From: Torpedo marmorata
Lineage: Eukaryota
DNA length: 64,000 nt
Assembly (NCBI GenBank): GCA_977017645.1
Contig: OZ360220.1
Location: 153,822,001 to 153,886,000 of the forward strand
Reading direction: 5' to 3'
The first letter of the stretch is position 1. Every line of letters starts with the position of its first letter. Shown here in pieces: positions 1-11,295 of this stretch. Made by a program: the position numbers and the translations under genes. The notes beneath the pieces were generated by a model, which was not told where the DNA came from, did no database searches, and saw only the letters and a program-made list of their open reading frames with translations.

Positions 1-157
1 GATACTGGACAAATGAAGGGGGGAGAGGTGAAGAGACAGATGAAAGAAAGACCACTGGGATTGGGGTAGTTGGTTCGAAAACTTTCTCCCCACTGACTCG
101 TCTGTAGTTTTTGCCCTTGATTTTTATTTTGAACAAGAGTAACATTTGCTATTCTCT

Positions 158-2372
158 CGTCAAGTCAAGTCACCTTTATTTGTCGTTCATTACCATATAC
201 ACAGTAAGACGAGATAGCGTTTCTCCAGGACCATGGGCAGATGTACATAAATATCATAATACAATAGAAAAACTATAATATGCCAATACACATGTATATC
301 TAGGAATTGAGGAGCCTGATGGCTTGGGGGAAAAAACTGTTGTACAGTCTGGACGTGCGAGCCTGAGTGCTTCAGTACCTCCTTCCAGATGGCAAAGAGG
401 AAAACAGTTTACCAAAGGGGTGTGATAAGTCCTTCACAATGTTTTTAGCCTTCCTCATGCATCGTGTTGTAAATGTCTGTCATGGTGGGGAGAAAGACTC
501 CAATAATTTTCTCCGCTGCCCTCACTATCCTCTGCAGGGTCTTTCGGTCCGAGGTGGTACAGTTTCCAAACCAAGCGGTGATGCAATTGCTCAGAATACT
601 CTCAATGCATCCCCTGTAGAATGTAGTAAGGATAGGGGGTGGGAGATGAACTTTCCTCAGTCTTCGCAGGAAATAAAGACGCTGCTGGGCTTTCTTGACT
701 ATGGAACTGGTGTTTAGGGACCAGCTGAGACTCTCCACCAAGTGCACTCCAAGAAACTTGGTACTCTTTACGACCTCAACGGTAGAGCCGTCCATGGTCA
801 AAGGAGAATGATCCCCCCGGGCCCTTCTGAAGTCGACAACCAACTCTTTTGTTTTGTTCACGTTCAGCTGCAGGTTGTTGTTTCTGCACCATTCCATTAG
901 CGACTGCACCTCATCTCTGTATGCTGACTCATCATTCTTACTGATAAGGCCCACCACGGTTGTATCATCAGCAAACTTTATGATGTGATTCGTGCTGTGT
1001 TTTGCTGCACAGTCATGAGTCAGCAGGGTGAACAGCAATGGACTAAGCACACAGCCCTGGGGAGCCCCCGTGCTCAATGTAATGACCTTGGAAGTTCTGT
1101 TTCCAATCCGGACTGCCTGAGGTCTTCCCGTCAGGAAGTCTAGAATCCAATTACAGAGGGTGTAGTTTAGGCCCAGCCCCCTCAACTTCCCTATCAGGTA
1201 CTGAGGTATGATCGTGTTGAATGCCGAGCTGAAGTCAATAAACAGCATTCGAACATACGCGTCCTTATTTTCCTAGAGGGTGAGGGCTAGGTGGAGGGTG
1301 GTAATGATGGCATCATCTGTGGAGCGGTTTGATCTACATGCGAACTGCAGGGGGTCCAGTGAGGGGGGCAGCAGAAGCTTGATGTGCCTCATGACGAGCC
1401 TCTCGAAGCACTTCATGACGGTAGTTGTGAGTGTGACAGGGCGGTAGTCATTGAGGCAGGACACCGTCGACTTCTTCGGCACGGGGATGATGGTAGCGGC
1501 TTTGAAGCACGTTGGTACCACGGCACTGGTCAGGGAGATGTTAAAGATGTCGGTGAGAACATCAGCCAGCTGGGCCGCACATCCCCTCAGCACTCTGCCG
1601 GGAATGTTAACTGGCCCAGCAGCTTTCTGTGGGTTAACCTTGCTTAACACTCTCCTCACATCGGCCACTGTGAAACACAGCACCTGATCATTTGGAGGAG
1701 GGGTTGTCTTCTTTGCCACTACATCATTTTTTTGTGCCTCAAAACGCGCGTAGAAGTTGTTCAGTGCACCTGGGAGGGAGGCATCACCAGCGCAGTCAGG
1801 TGGTGCAGTCTTGTGGTTAGTGATATCTTGAATGCCCTTCCACATGCGTCGCGTGTCCTTGCTGTCCTGAAAGTGACTCTGAATTCGCTGGGCCTGTGCA
1901 CGCTTTGCCTCCCTGATGGCCTTAGACAGCTTGGCTCTTGCGATAGCTAGGGTTACCTTGTCGCCCGCACTGAAGGCAGAGTTTCGGCTCCTCAGCAGCA
2001 CACGCACCTCCGCAGTCATCCATGGCTTCTGATTAGAGCGAGTAATGATGGTCTTGGGCACAGTGACTTCGTCAGTACACTTACTAATGTAGCTAGTCAC
2101 CGATGCCGTATACTCCTCCAGATTGATGCAGTCGCCATCGGTTGCTGCTTCCCTGAACGTGCCAATCAGTACGCTCAAAGCAGTCCTGAAGTGCATGGAT
2201 GGCACCTGCTGGCCAGGTTTTAAACTGCTTCCGAACTGGTCTGGAGCGTCTGGCGAGTGGTCTGTATGCTGGGGTTAGCATTACTGAGATATGGTCTGAG
2301 TATCCGAGGTGGGGGCGGAGCTCCGCCCGATACGCGCTGGAAATGTTCGTGAACACAAGATCCAACGCGTTC
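158..2372 (-). mobile_element. Rex1/Babar-like LINE, 5'-truncated (endonuclease C-terminus plus RT), disrupted
   Basis: ORFs 2093-2455 (GYSDH endonuclease motif), 1273-2205 and 445-1248 ([24 protein letters not shown]). In-frame TAG at 1273-1275, frameshift near 2160-2200, (TTGAC)n tail near 158-172. Confidence 0.9.
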
Positions 2373-2479
2373 GTTACTCTGTTACCCAAAAAGCATTGAA
2401 TGATTAGAGTTCGTGCTCCTTTCTTAAAATCTTTGGATACATCCCATTCAGTCATGGTGACTTAACTACTTTCAGTTCA

Positions 2480-2800
2480 CCAACTTGTAATATCTTGGGT
2501 ATCAATTTTTGGCATAGCCAAGACAGCCACAGCCAGTATCTCCTCCTTCAGACTACTTTGGAAGCTCCCTCTTCCCTGGTGAAGATGGATACAGAGTACT
2601 TATTTAGTACCTTCATATTGCTCTCAGCATCCATGTGCAAGTTACTATTTTTGTCCCTAATGGGCTCCATTCTTCTGTGTCTTACCCTTGTACCCTTTAT
2701 AGGCCTTTTTCACACTTTGATTCCCTTTATGTTGGCAGCTCATGTTTTATCATGCCCTCTCTGCCTCTTATTTTAATTTTCTCTTCACCTCTGATTATTT
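2480..2800 (-). mobile_element. Old CR1-like LINE fragment
   Basis: Degenerate similarity on the minus strand to the CR1 ORF2 linker region seen at 12750 (GPIRDK...LNKY). Confidence 0.4.
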
Positions 2801-3075
2801 TGTAATTGGTCTGATTCTCATTTGATATTTGTATCCTATTATTGCATTGTTATTATGGTTAATAAATTCTGTTTTCATACAGTTTCTATGCCAAGAATAT
2901 CTGTTCCAAATTGAAGAACGATTGTGAAACAATTTTAAAAATCAGCATGTATTTCTGTAGCACCTTTCATGACCTCTGGATGTCCCAAAGCACTTCATTC
3001 AATGGTCAGTGCCTCGTATAGGAAAATGGCAGCCAATTTGCATGCAGAAAGATCCCACAATCAGAAGAGAAGAGT

Positions 3076-3270
3076 GAAACACAAAAGTCTACAGACGCTA
3101 TGATTGTAGTAAAAACACTAAAATGCTGGAGGAACTCAGCAGGACTCACAGTGTCCATAGAAGGTAAAGATATGTAACCAACTTTTCGGGCCTGAGCCCT
3201 TTGTCAAGCATCCTGTGGATGCTGTGAGACCCGCTAAGTTCCTCCAGCATTTCCGTGTTTTTACTTTTCC
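3076..3270. mobile_element. Penelope-terminus-derived fold-back element
   Basis: Inverted arms agtaaaaacactaaatgctggaggaactcagc / gctaagttcctccagcatttccgtgtttttact; similar to the PLE end at 53050-53146. Confidence 0.7.
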
Positions 3271-4486
3271 CACAATCAGAAACCTGATAATGATTAGATT
3301 AGTTTCTTTTGCTCAATGCTGCCTGACAGAATGGTTGGCAAAAACATTGGGGATAATTTCCCTTTTCAGTGCAAAAATGTTGCAAGATCTTTTACACCAG
3401 ATGAAAAAGCAGAATAAAATGTAACATCTTATTCATAAGATGGCATCCCTCGTTTGGAGACAAGAGTGCTACCACTGCACCTCAGTTGATATGTGTGGAT
3501 CTTTTAAGGTTAGCTTGTGTCGAATTTACTGTTTTCAGTTCACACATTGAGTATTCCATACTCCTGCTTTATGGAGTGTTTAATGTAACGGTTTAGTGTC
3601 AATGTTTTAAGCATTGAGAAAATGTGATGTTATTTTATGCAGGTGATGTTTGATTGTCATCCCAGGAAGCTGTGTACCAAGTTCAGCATGTATTTAGTTG
3701 CTGTTATGAATTTGTACAAGAGGGCAGTTTCTCCCCATGATATACAGTACAGGTGTTAACATTTACATTCTTTGCCCACTATCATGTAGTATATGCTTGA
3801 TTTCATTTCAGAGTGAAAAATAGATGAAATGCCAGGGATTCAAATAATGTATAATTCACAGCAAGTGACAGCAGGCTTTTAATACTTGCTCCAGTCGACA
3901 GCCTAACACCACGAAATGTCACACTTGGAATGAAAGCAACTTGCTTCCTGTTATGTAGGCTTTCTTGATGACTAAGTGATCGATTACCTACGACTATTTT
4001 TTCATTTGGGAAAACCTTATGCAAAGGTGTTTCTTTTAAAACAATTTCATTTGTTAAACACAATAAGTGTTTACAAGTATATCAACTGCATACTTGAGAT
4101 ATCATTTACACCAACTGACTGCACAACGTGCTTGTCACATTGAAAGAGCCAGCAGAAACTTACTGAGCTGGTGCTCGAGTTAAAATGCAAAATTAAAATT
4201 GCTATAAATGTTCAATACCAGATAACCAAATCAGGGTTCCTTTCTACCTGCTGTGATGGTGGTGTGGCTCTTGAGATTTTCTTATTGTTGGTATTCCTAG
4301 ATGCACCAATCATAATTTGAGTGCTGAGCAGAGGAAATTTAATATTCGAAAGATTAAGGAAACAAAAATGTCCATGTTTTGTCTTTTTTTTCATATCCAA
4401 TGTGCACAAGTCAGCATGCTGGGCAAATTCCATCACCCTACCATTAACAATGCTTTACACAGACTCAGGAGCTTAATATGACAATA

Positions 4487-4780
4487 CAGTAGAAGTCCAA
4501 AAATCTAGATGCCAGAAATCCAGACCACCCGAGAATCCGGACTTCTTGAAAACTCTCAAATTTTTTTAATTTAGCGGGCTTTTGCGTGCGTGCATGTGTA
4601 AGCAGCACAGATGCACAGCGGCAACAAGCGACCACTTTATTTTTCTTTAAAACTGCTCATTTTGATAAATGAAGCATGCTGCATTTGCTAATGAATAAAC
4701 TATCAAAATTTACCTGTTCATCTCTTCTTTATTCCTCCTTAAATTTAAATTTTAAAAGTACTGCCTGAGAATCCAGAAAA
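4487..4780. mobile_element. Partial Tc1/mariner-type MITE
   Basis: TA-CAGTAGAAGTCC start with repeated AATCC(A/G)GA subterminal motifs; the second terminus was not found. Confidence 0.35.
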
Positions 4781-5840
4781 TAAGTGTATTGTCATACATG
4801 TAAGTACAAGAGGCACATGCACCAAAATTTTACTTGCTGCAACCAAACAGGTACTTTGGTTTTTTTTAAAAAACTCCAATAGTATACATTAATTTGCTGT
4901 ACAGAAAGAAATAATAAATATAGAAGATGGATAATAAATGTTCACAGTTAAATTAATGCAAGACTGTAACTGTTCCCATTAAGCCAAAGCAGCTTTTCAT
5001 GTCCCTTTGTTCTGCCTATCCCTCCCCAACTGAAAACCTGACTGTCCCTCTCAAGCTCTAACAAGAGCTGCAGACCTGACATGTTGACTGTTTCTCTTTC
5101 CACAGATGCAGCTTGACTTGCTGAGTTTCTCTAGTAGTATGTTTTTGTTTCAGACTTCACCGCTACTAGGATCAAGGAAAGCCCTTTAGAAAATCCAGAA
5201 AGAGTAATGACAGGTGACAGAGATGAATGATGGCTAAAAAATTTAAAAAGCAATAGAGAAAATTTAAATAATCAAAAACTCAAGTTGGATATCTTGATCC
5301 CATGAAATTACCACATTCTTCCTTGCACACTCCACCAGAAGCAGCCATACCTTCAGCTGCCATGCCTCTGAACTCTAGTTCCTCTGAGCTCTCTACCCCT
5401 CTGCATTTCTTTTGTCCTTTAAGAAGCTTCCAAAAATTCCTGGTTGATCGCCATTGGTCATTTGTGTGAGAATTTCATTGTCACCGAATTGCAGAATTTT
5501 CTGCAAAAGCTCGGTGATGTCATTAACTGTGGCACCAGACAGCTGACATGGAGGCAACACGGGACAATTTTGTTTTTCCAAACACTGAAATCAAACATGT
5601 AAATCTATGGAAGAGCTTGAGGATTTGTTTGATTAGAAATGTTATGTAAATACATGTTACTATTGTTAGGTTTGAATCCAACCCGGTATGTGAAAAGTTC
5701 AAGGGAACGAGGAAACTTGCAGGAGATTGGGCAGTACTTCATCAGTTTCAATGATTCAGAAAAGAAATTGACGTCTAATCAGCATTAATGAAATTTCTTG
5801 CTCAGATTTCAAGGAAAGCTGATGTGAAAAATGAAGATGT

Positions 5841-6372
5841 GAGGTGTCTGCGGAGATTCGGTATGTCACCAAAGACTCTCGTAAACTTCTACAGGTGTAC
5901 CGTGGAGAGCATTCTCGCTGGTTGCATCACTGCCTGGAATGGAGGCGCCAACTCCCAGGACAAGAGTAAACTCCAGAGGGTTGTTAACTCGGCCTGTGAC
6001 ATCACAGGCACCAAACTTCACTCCATCGAGGACATCTACATGAGGCGGTGTCTTAAAAAAGCAGCCTCTATCCTCAAAGACCCCCACGACCCAGGCCATG
6101 CCCTCTTCACTCTGCTTCCATCGGGAAAAAGGTACAGGAGCCTAAAGACGAGCACTCAACGGCACAAGGACAGCTTCTTCCCCGCTGCCATCAGATTCCT
6201 GAATAATCAATGAACCAAAGACACTGCCTTACTTTTCGTGCACTATTGTTTATAATTTTTATAGTAATGTCGTAAGATGGTTAATATGAATGTTAATTGC
6301 ACTATGATGCTGCCGCAAAACACTGAATTTCATGACTTGTTCACGACAATAAATTCTGATTCTGATTCTGAG
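5841..6372 (+). mobile_element. Rex1-like LINE 3' fragment
   Basis: ORF 5788-6213 (NFYRCTVESIL...LPSGKRYRS...DSFFPAAIRFLN); tail gacaataaa(TTCTGA)n. Confidence 0.9.
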
Positions 6373-6708
6373 ATTGAAGTCACAATGCAGCATCACCTTT
6401 CTCTTGTGTTCATCTGATTGATTTTAGCTGACCTACAAATGCTTGATCTTGACATTACAAAATGTTCATTCTTCAACCTTCACTTAGGAACAAAATAAGG
6501 GAAGGTGTTCCTTTTTGTAAAAACAAGACATTTGCCATCCCAACAGTTCAGTGATGTTGGGCCACAATTTCGTCCTTCAAGCCACGCATTGAACATGCAG
6601 GACTTTCGTGTATGTATATTGTGCTCTCCTTCCATTCCATTTAACCCCATTGGAACCAAATTGGGCAATCTGTGTGCAATGCTGTTCGTGTGCATTCAGT
6701 ATGCATTT

Positions 6709-6935
6709 GGGGCGGCACAGTTGGCGTAGCGGTTAGCGCAACGCCTTTACAGCGCCAGCAATCGGGACCGGGGTTCGAATCCCGCGCTGTCTGTTTGTAC
6801 GTTCTCCCCGAGGGCTCTGGTTTCCTCCCACCGTTCGAAACGTACCGGGGGTGTAGGTTAATTGGATGTAAATTGGGCGACACGGACTCATGGGCTGAAA
6901 TGGCATGTTAATGTGCTGTATGTCTAAATATAAAA
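6709..6935 (+). mobile_element. tRNA-derived V-SINE (HE1-like)
   Basis: A box tggcgtagcgg and B box ggttcgaatcc, then V-domain-like gtacgttctcccc...tttcctcccac; AT-rich tail. Confidence 0.85.
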
Positions 6936-7035
6936 TTTTTAAAAATTAAATTTGTGAACGAATTTCTTTGTTACTGGTCTGCAATCAGAAAGGTCATGGG
7001 TCTTGTCACTTATGATATGAGATTTTATTATCATA

Positions 7036-7882
7036 GACATCAGGATGGCGGCGCTGCCGGAGCCGCTGTAGCGGCAGCGCTGCCGCTGGTGCGGACCCGC
7101 GGGGAGCGTGGGAGCGGAGATACAGCGCTCCCGCGGGGTCCAGCTGCCGAGTCGACTGCCGTTGGTTCCGCACGGGCTTTGAACGGCCCGTTAAAGGAGC
7201 CGACGGTGGTTTTATTTGAGATCCCGCGACCGCGGGGTCTGCGCCCAAGATGGCAGCGCCTATTAATCGGCAGCAGCCACGAGGGGCTGCAGACTCCGGG
7301 GAAGTGGAGGACTGGAGCAGGGCACCAGTGGACGGGAAGATCACACCCCGTCTGAGAAGGAGAAGCGGAGGAGACGACCCACGGGACGGTGAACACAGCG
7401 GCGGACCGGTGAGGGGCTCTGAGGCTGAAGGACCAGTGCATGCGGCGGGCTGCTGGCGACTCGAGGCGAGGAACCCGCGGAGGCTGTGGGCTGCTGGAGA
7501 CTGCTGTCGGGGGACTCATGACGGGCTGCGGACTGCTGGAGGTTGGCTCGAACTGGCTGGAGGAGTACCAGGTATCGGAACCGGGATGTGAGGGGGTGCC
7601 GAGGGCGACCTGACCGTGTTGGAGGTTCGGATCTGGAGCTCGGGATGCCGATCGTTTGGACTGGACTCTCTGTGGCTGCGGAAGCGCTGGAGACGAATCT
7701 ATGGACACTCGGTGACTCTGGGGGGACTCTCTTTTGCTTCTCTTTCTCTGACTGTAAGGAATGTTAGAGGCGCTTAGGCAATTTCTGCCGATGGCAAATC
7801 TGTCTGCCTTGCAGCAGGCAAAAAGAAATTTTGTGGTATATGGCACTGTCTTATTGCTATGACAATAAATTGAATCTTGAAT
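7036..7882 (+). mobile_element. GC-rich non-autonomous retroelement with Rex1-type 3' tail (apparently full length)
   Basis: Starts with GATGGCGGC, has a second CCAAGATGGC near 7245 and ends with gacaataaattgaatcttgaat. Homologous copies at 59830, 60758 and 63388. Confidence 0.75.
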
Positions 7883-7996
7883 GTACTATGTACCGATGCA
7901 GTGAAATACAGGTGCATCTTCACTGAGCTATTATTATTTGAGCCAATAATAGAAGATAACTTGCATTACATGGCTTCAGGCATCCCATCGTCAATA

Positions 7997-8288
7997 GGCC
8001 TTTTCACACCGCCGATTCCTGCCAACCCTCCTAGGAACCGGGTAAAGTTCCCGGGAAGGCTGCACCTCCGGGGCCTTTCACACTGTAGCATGAATTACCT
8101 GGTAAATCGGCAACCGGGGATTTTAAGCTCCAGTGGTGACAATGCGAGAACAGGTTGTGCTTTAACTCGGCCGGGCTCTGAGCTCGGTTGAATTTGACCT
8201 GCCCTGCCCGGTTGGGACGTTTCACACTGCACGATTACCAGGTAAATTGCCCAGTTAACCCACATGTAATCGGCGGTGTGAAAGGGCC
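7997..8288. mobile_element. PIF/Harbinger-like MITE
   Basis: 21-bp TIRs ggccttttcacaccgccgatt / aatcggcggtgtgaaagggcc; internal TTTCACACTG repeats. Confidence 0.75.
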
Positions 8289-10041
8289 TTGAAAAGCATC
8301 GCTTTTAATGCAGAAAGGGTATTGCATCATCCACGGCGTACCTTGTTTAAATGAGGAAGATTGCTTGACCTGCTTGAAATAAACATCCAGAAGAGAGTTT
8401 CAATCTTTAGCAAAGATGTTTCCACAAGAAGACGGCTCTCCAGCACTTGCAATCAAACTTGAATATGAAGGTTCCTTATCTGGGCAAGGTTATGAAAATT
8501 GGCATGTGCTTATGGAAGTATACTGAAGCAATTAGTGCAATAAGGGTGTGTAGAAATAAGAACAAACTTAGCTCTTCAACTGGCAAAAGAAGGAAATGAA
8601 GCACTAAAACAAAAAGTCAGCAATAAATACAGGATTTCAAAGCAAAGTGATAGTATTTGGAAAGCATAGTAACCCTTCTGAGAGAAGAAATTTATTTTGT
8701 TGGAAACATTTTACAAATGAGCTTGAGCATCTGCAAAGTAATTTAAAGCAAAGTTCATCTGTGATCCTTGGTGCTATTTGCAGAGTGCATTGGCCATTGG
8801 TTGTAAATATCCCATAGGGTTTGGTTTCATTGACTTCAATGGAACTCATCAGGAGTCAAGTGTAAAATGCAGCTGATACTCCGGCGAAGGATGAGCTTGC
8901 CCCGATGTCCCTTGATTTAGGCTGCGGTGGCATCCTTTGAGTCTTCTGATTACAATGTGACTTATTTCTGCTTGTCTCTGCTTTCATGTCATTCAGTTAT
9001 GCATTGGTTGTACATATATTTTTGAATTAAAACATTTTGATCAATATTGTTTGTTGCTTGAAAATCCAAATTACAAGGTTTTATTTCTGTGTAGTTTTGC
9101 TTCCGTACCAAGGTAAAGATGTACTCTTCTTAGTTGTTAGTGTTTTTTTCCAAATGAATTCCAAAATGAAGGTATTATCCTTTCACATGCAATGGGGGAA
9201 GCTTAGCCTGTATTCAAAATGAGAGGTGATTCATTGGAATTACCGGTAGTTACAGAGAGGGATTCAAGAAGAGCATGATGAAAAGCTGTTGCTACTTGCC
9301 AGAGATGTGTTATGAGAATATGGGGTTTGTCTAATGGCTTATTCCTTTTATTTATGTCCTTCAAACAGAATAATGCAAGATTTTGAATTTTTAAAAAAGT
9401 ATTCTTTGTGGGAGAAATGATTTGTTTGACCCAAAAACAAGAAAAAAAAATGCAGATGCCTGAAAGCTGAAAGCAAAACAAGAAAATGCCAGAGGCCCTC
9501 AGCAACTCAGTCAGCAAGGGTGATTATTCACCACCTGCTGGGATGCAGAGCTGCAATTCTGCACATCAGTCGTCAGCTGTCAAACCTGCTGGGGTTTTGA
9601 AATCCAAAGAAATGAAAACTGGGCATTTTTGAAATGGGCGGGAGATCTGTAAAAGCCCATTTTACACCAAAGCAGGAGGTTCCGAATCTGCCCCTATTCT
9701 GAGAGTAGTTTCTCAGTCAGAATTGGAGATTTCACCAGTCATCTCAACAAGATATCAAAGTTTGGCAGATGATTGTGGAAAGAATGGAATCGGTGTCTCA
9801 GGGATTATAGTATATAGGAATTTGAGTCTAATGTTTTCTGGCAAGAGTTCAAATTTGAAATGTTAATCCAGTTTCTCAAATAATTAATTAATAAGAGATT
9901 AGTTTGCTTAATTTAACAAACCAATATTGTTCCCTTTTTCATTGCTTATAATTTTAAATATTGAGTTTTAATTTTAAGAGTGGGTGATTTCCTTTTGCAA
10001 ATGAGAGGTCTCAGTCTTGCAATTTTTTCCTCAATCTGTAG

Positions 10042-10182
10042 GTTCAAGAGGAGAAGAGAGCTCAGAAGATGAGCCGCCTCTGGATATAACAACAGTGCAG
10101 GATATTTTGAGTAGTCATCGCTACAAATCTTACAAAGTCAGCATCGTTCACAAGCTTCGATTCACCACTGATGTTCAATTAG
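10042..10182 (+). CDS. MAPKAP1: MAPKAP1/SIN1 internal coding exon (start of PH domain)
   Basis: Acceptor tctgtag|GT and donor TTAG|gtaatt; 141 bp, phase 1-1. Translation (S)[46 protein letters not shown](G) matches recalled human SIN1 ...[35 protein letters not shown]. Confidence 0.96.
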
Positions 10183-10604
10183 GTAATTGTTATTACTTGG
10201 GGGGAAAATAGCCTTTTTATGCCTGCCAAATTACTTCAAACAGCGCAAAAATTAGATTTTAAAAATAATTACCTGAAGTAAATTGCTCTTTCTTTCAAAT
10301 CGCTCATTTTAAAAATAATTCTGTCATGGTTGGTAATATTGTAGGCGCCAATTACATTAATTGTAATGGAACACAAAGAAACTAATTATTCAAATTGCTG
10401 CAGAAAGTATTGGATGTTTCCAAGGAAAGGCTGCCATAATATTTTAACACACAACTAAACTGATGTGTTAACAGAAGCTTAATTTTGTGTATGGAATCTT
10501 CTTTGCCCCAAATAGTGTTTTGTGGAGTTCTTTCTTCAGTGAGGTACAAGGTATTTTACTTGGATTCAGTAAGATCTTATTTTACAAATGCTTTTAAGTC
10601 AACA

Positions 10605-10978
10605 GGGTTAAAGTTTATTTGTCACATTATTACCTAGTACAGTGTGAAGGGTTCTTCTGCAAGGAGTCTAACAGGTTATCTCTAACATTCATACAATCAT
10701 GTTAAGAGCACAATTTGTAGAGTATGGAGCTATATAAAAAAAAAAGAAAGATCAATTAGTACCAAACAAGGGAAGCATGATAGCACTGTTGTGGGGTTCA
10801 TTCAGGAGCCTGATGGCTGCTGGGACAAAACTGTCTTTGAGCCTGTTGGTGCTACTTTCGCGCTCTTGAGCCTTCATCCTAATGGGAGGAGGGCGAAGTG
10901 GGTGTGTCCAGAGTGTGATAGGATCTTCAGTATATTGGTTGCTTTCAGAGGCAGCGGGAGATGCATATGGAGTCCATG
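10605..10978 (-). mobile_element. Older Rex1-like LINE 3' fragment
   Basis: ORF 10752-11009 contains RLKDSFVPAAIRLLN; the tail motif (tttatttgtca) is on the left. Confidence 0.7.
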
Positions 10979-11295
10979 AAATAGCAATTGTATAAGTGGG
11001 GGAAATCAATCAATTGAAGGTAGGTCTTTGATTAGAATTAGAATTTACTCACAACTTTAATTAACAATACTCCATAAGGCATCATTTAATTAAATATAAA
11101 CAAATAATTACCTTTTCTTTAATAGCCATCAGAAGCTCTTTTATGCAGGCTTAACAGTTGCCACAAAGTTCTAATCAAGATACTTCTGATTTGAGCATGC
11201 TGGAAGAAGAGTGCCTTTCCTTTGATGCCTCAAATATTTCTGATCCACAATCAAAACACAATTTACCTTTTCAGGTGATGCGACTTCTGACTAAA

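Noticed and set aside
5154-5212. AG...GT-bounded segment as an upstream MAPKAP1 exon
   Set aside because: The acceptor derives from a Penelope-terminus remnant and there is no similarity to the SIN1 RBD region; the preceding exon probably lies before the window.
6709-6785. tRNA gene
   Set aside because: A and B boxes are present, but the sequence runs into a V-SINE body found several times in the window.
6954-7846. ORFs of 112-268 aa on both strands
   Set aside because: They are low-complexity GC-rich frames in a dispersed repeat with no recognisable domain, and the frames are not consistently kept among copies.
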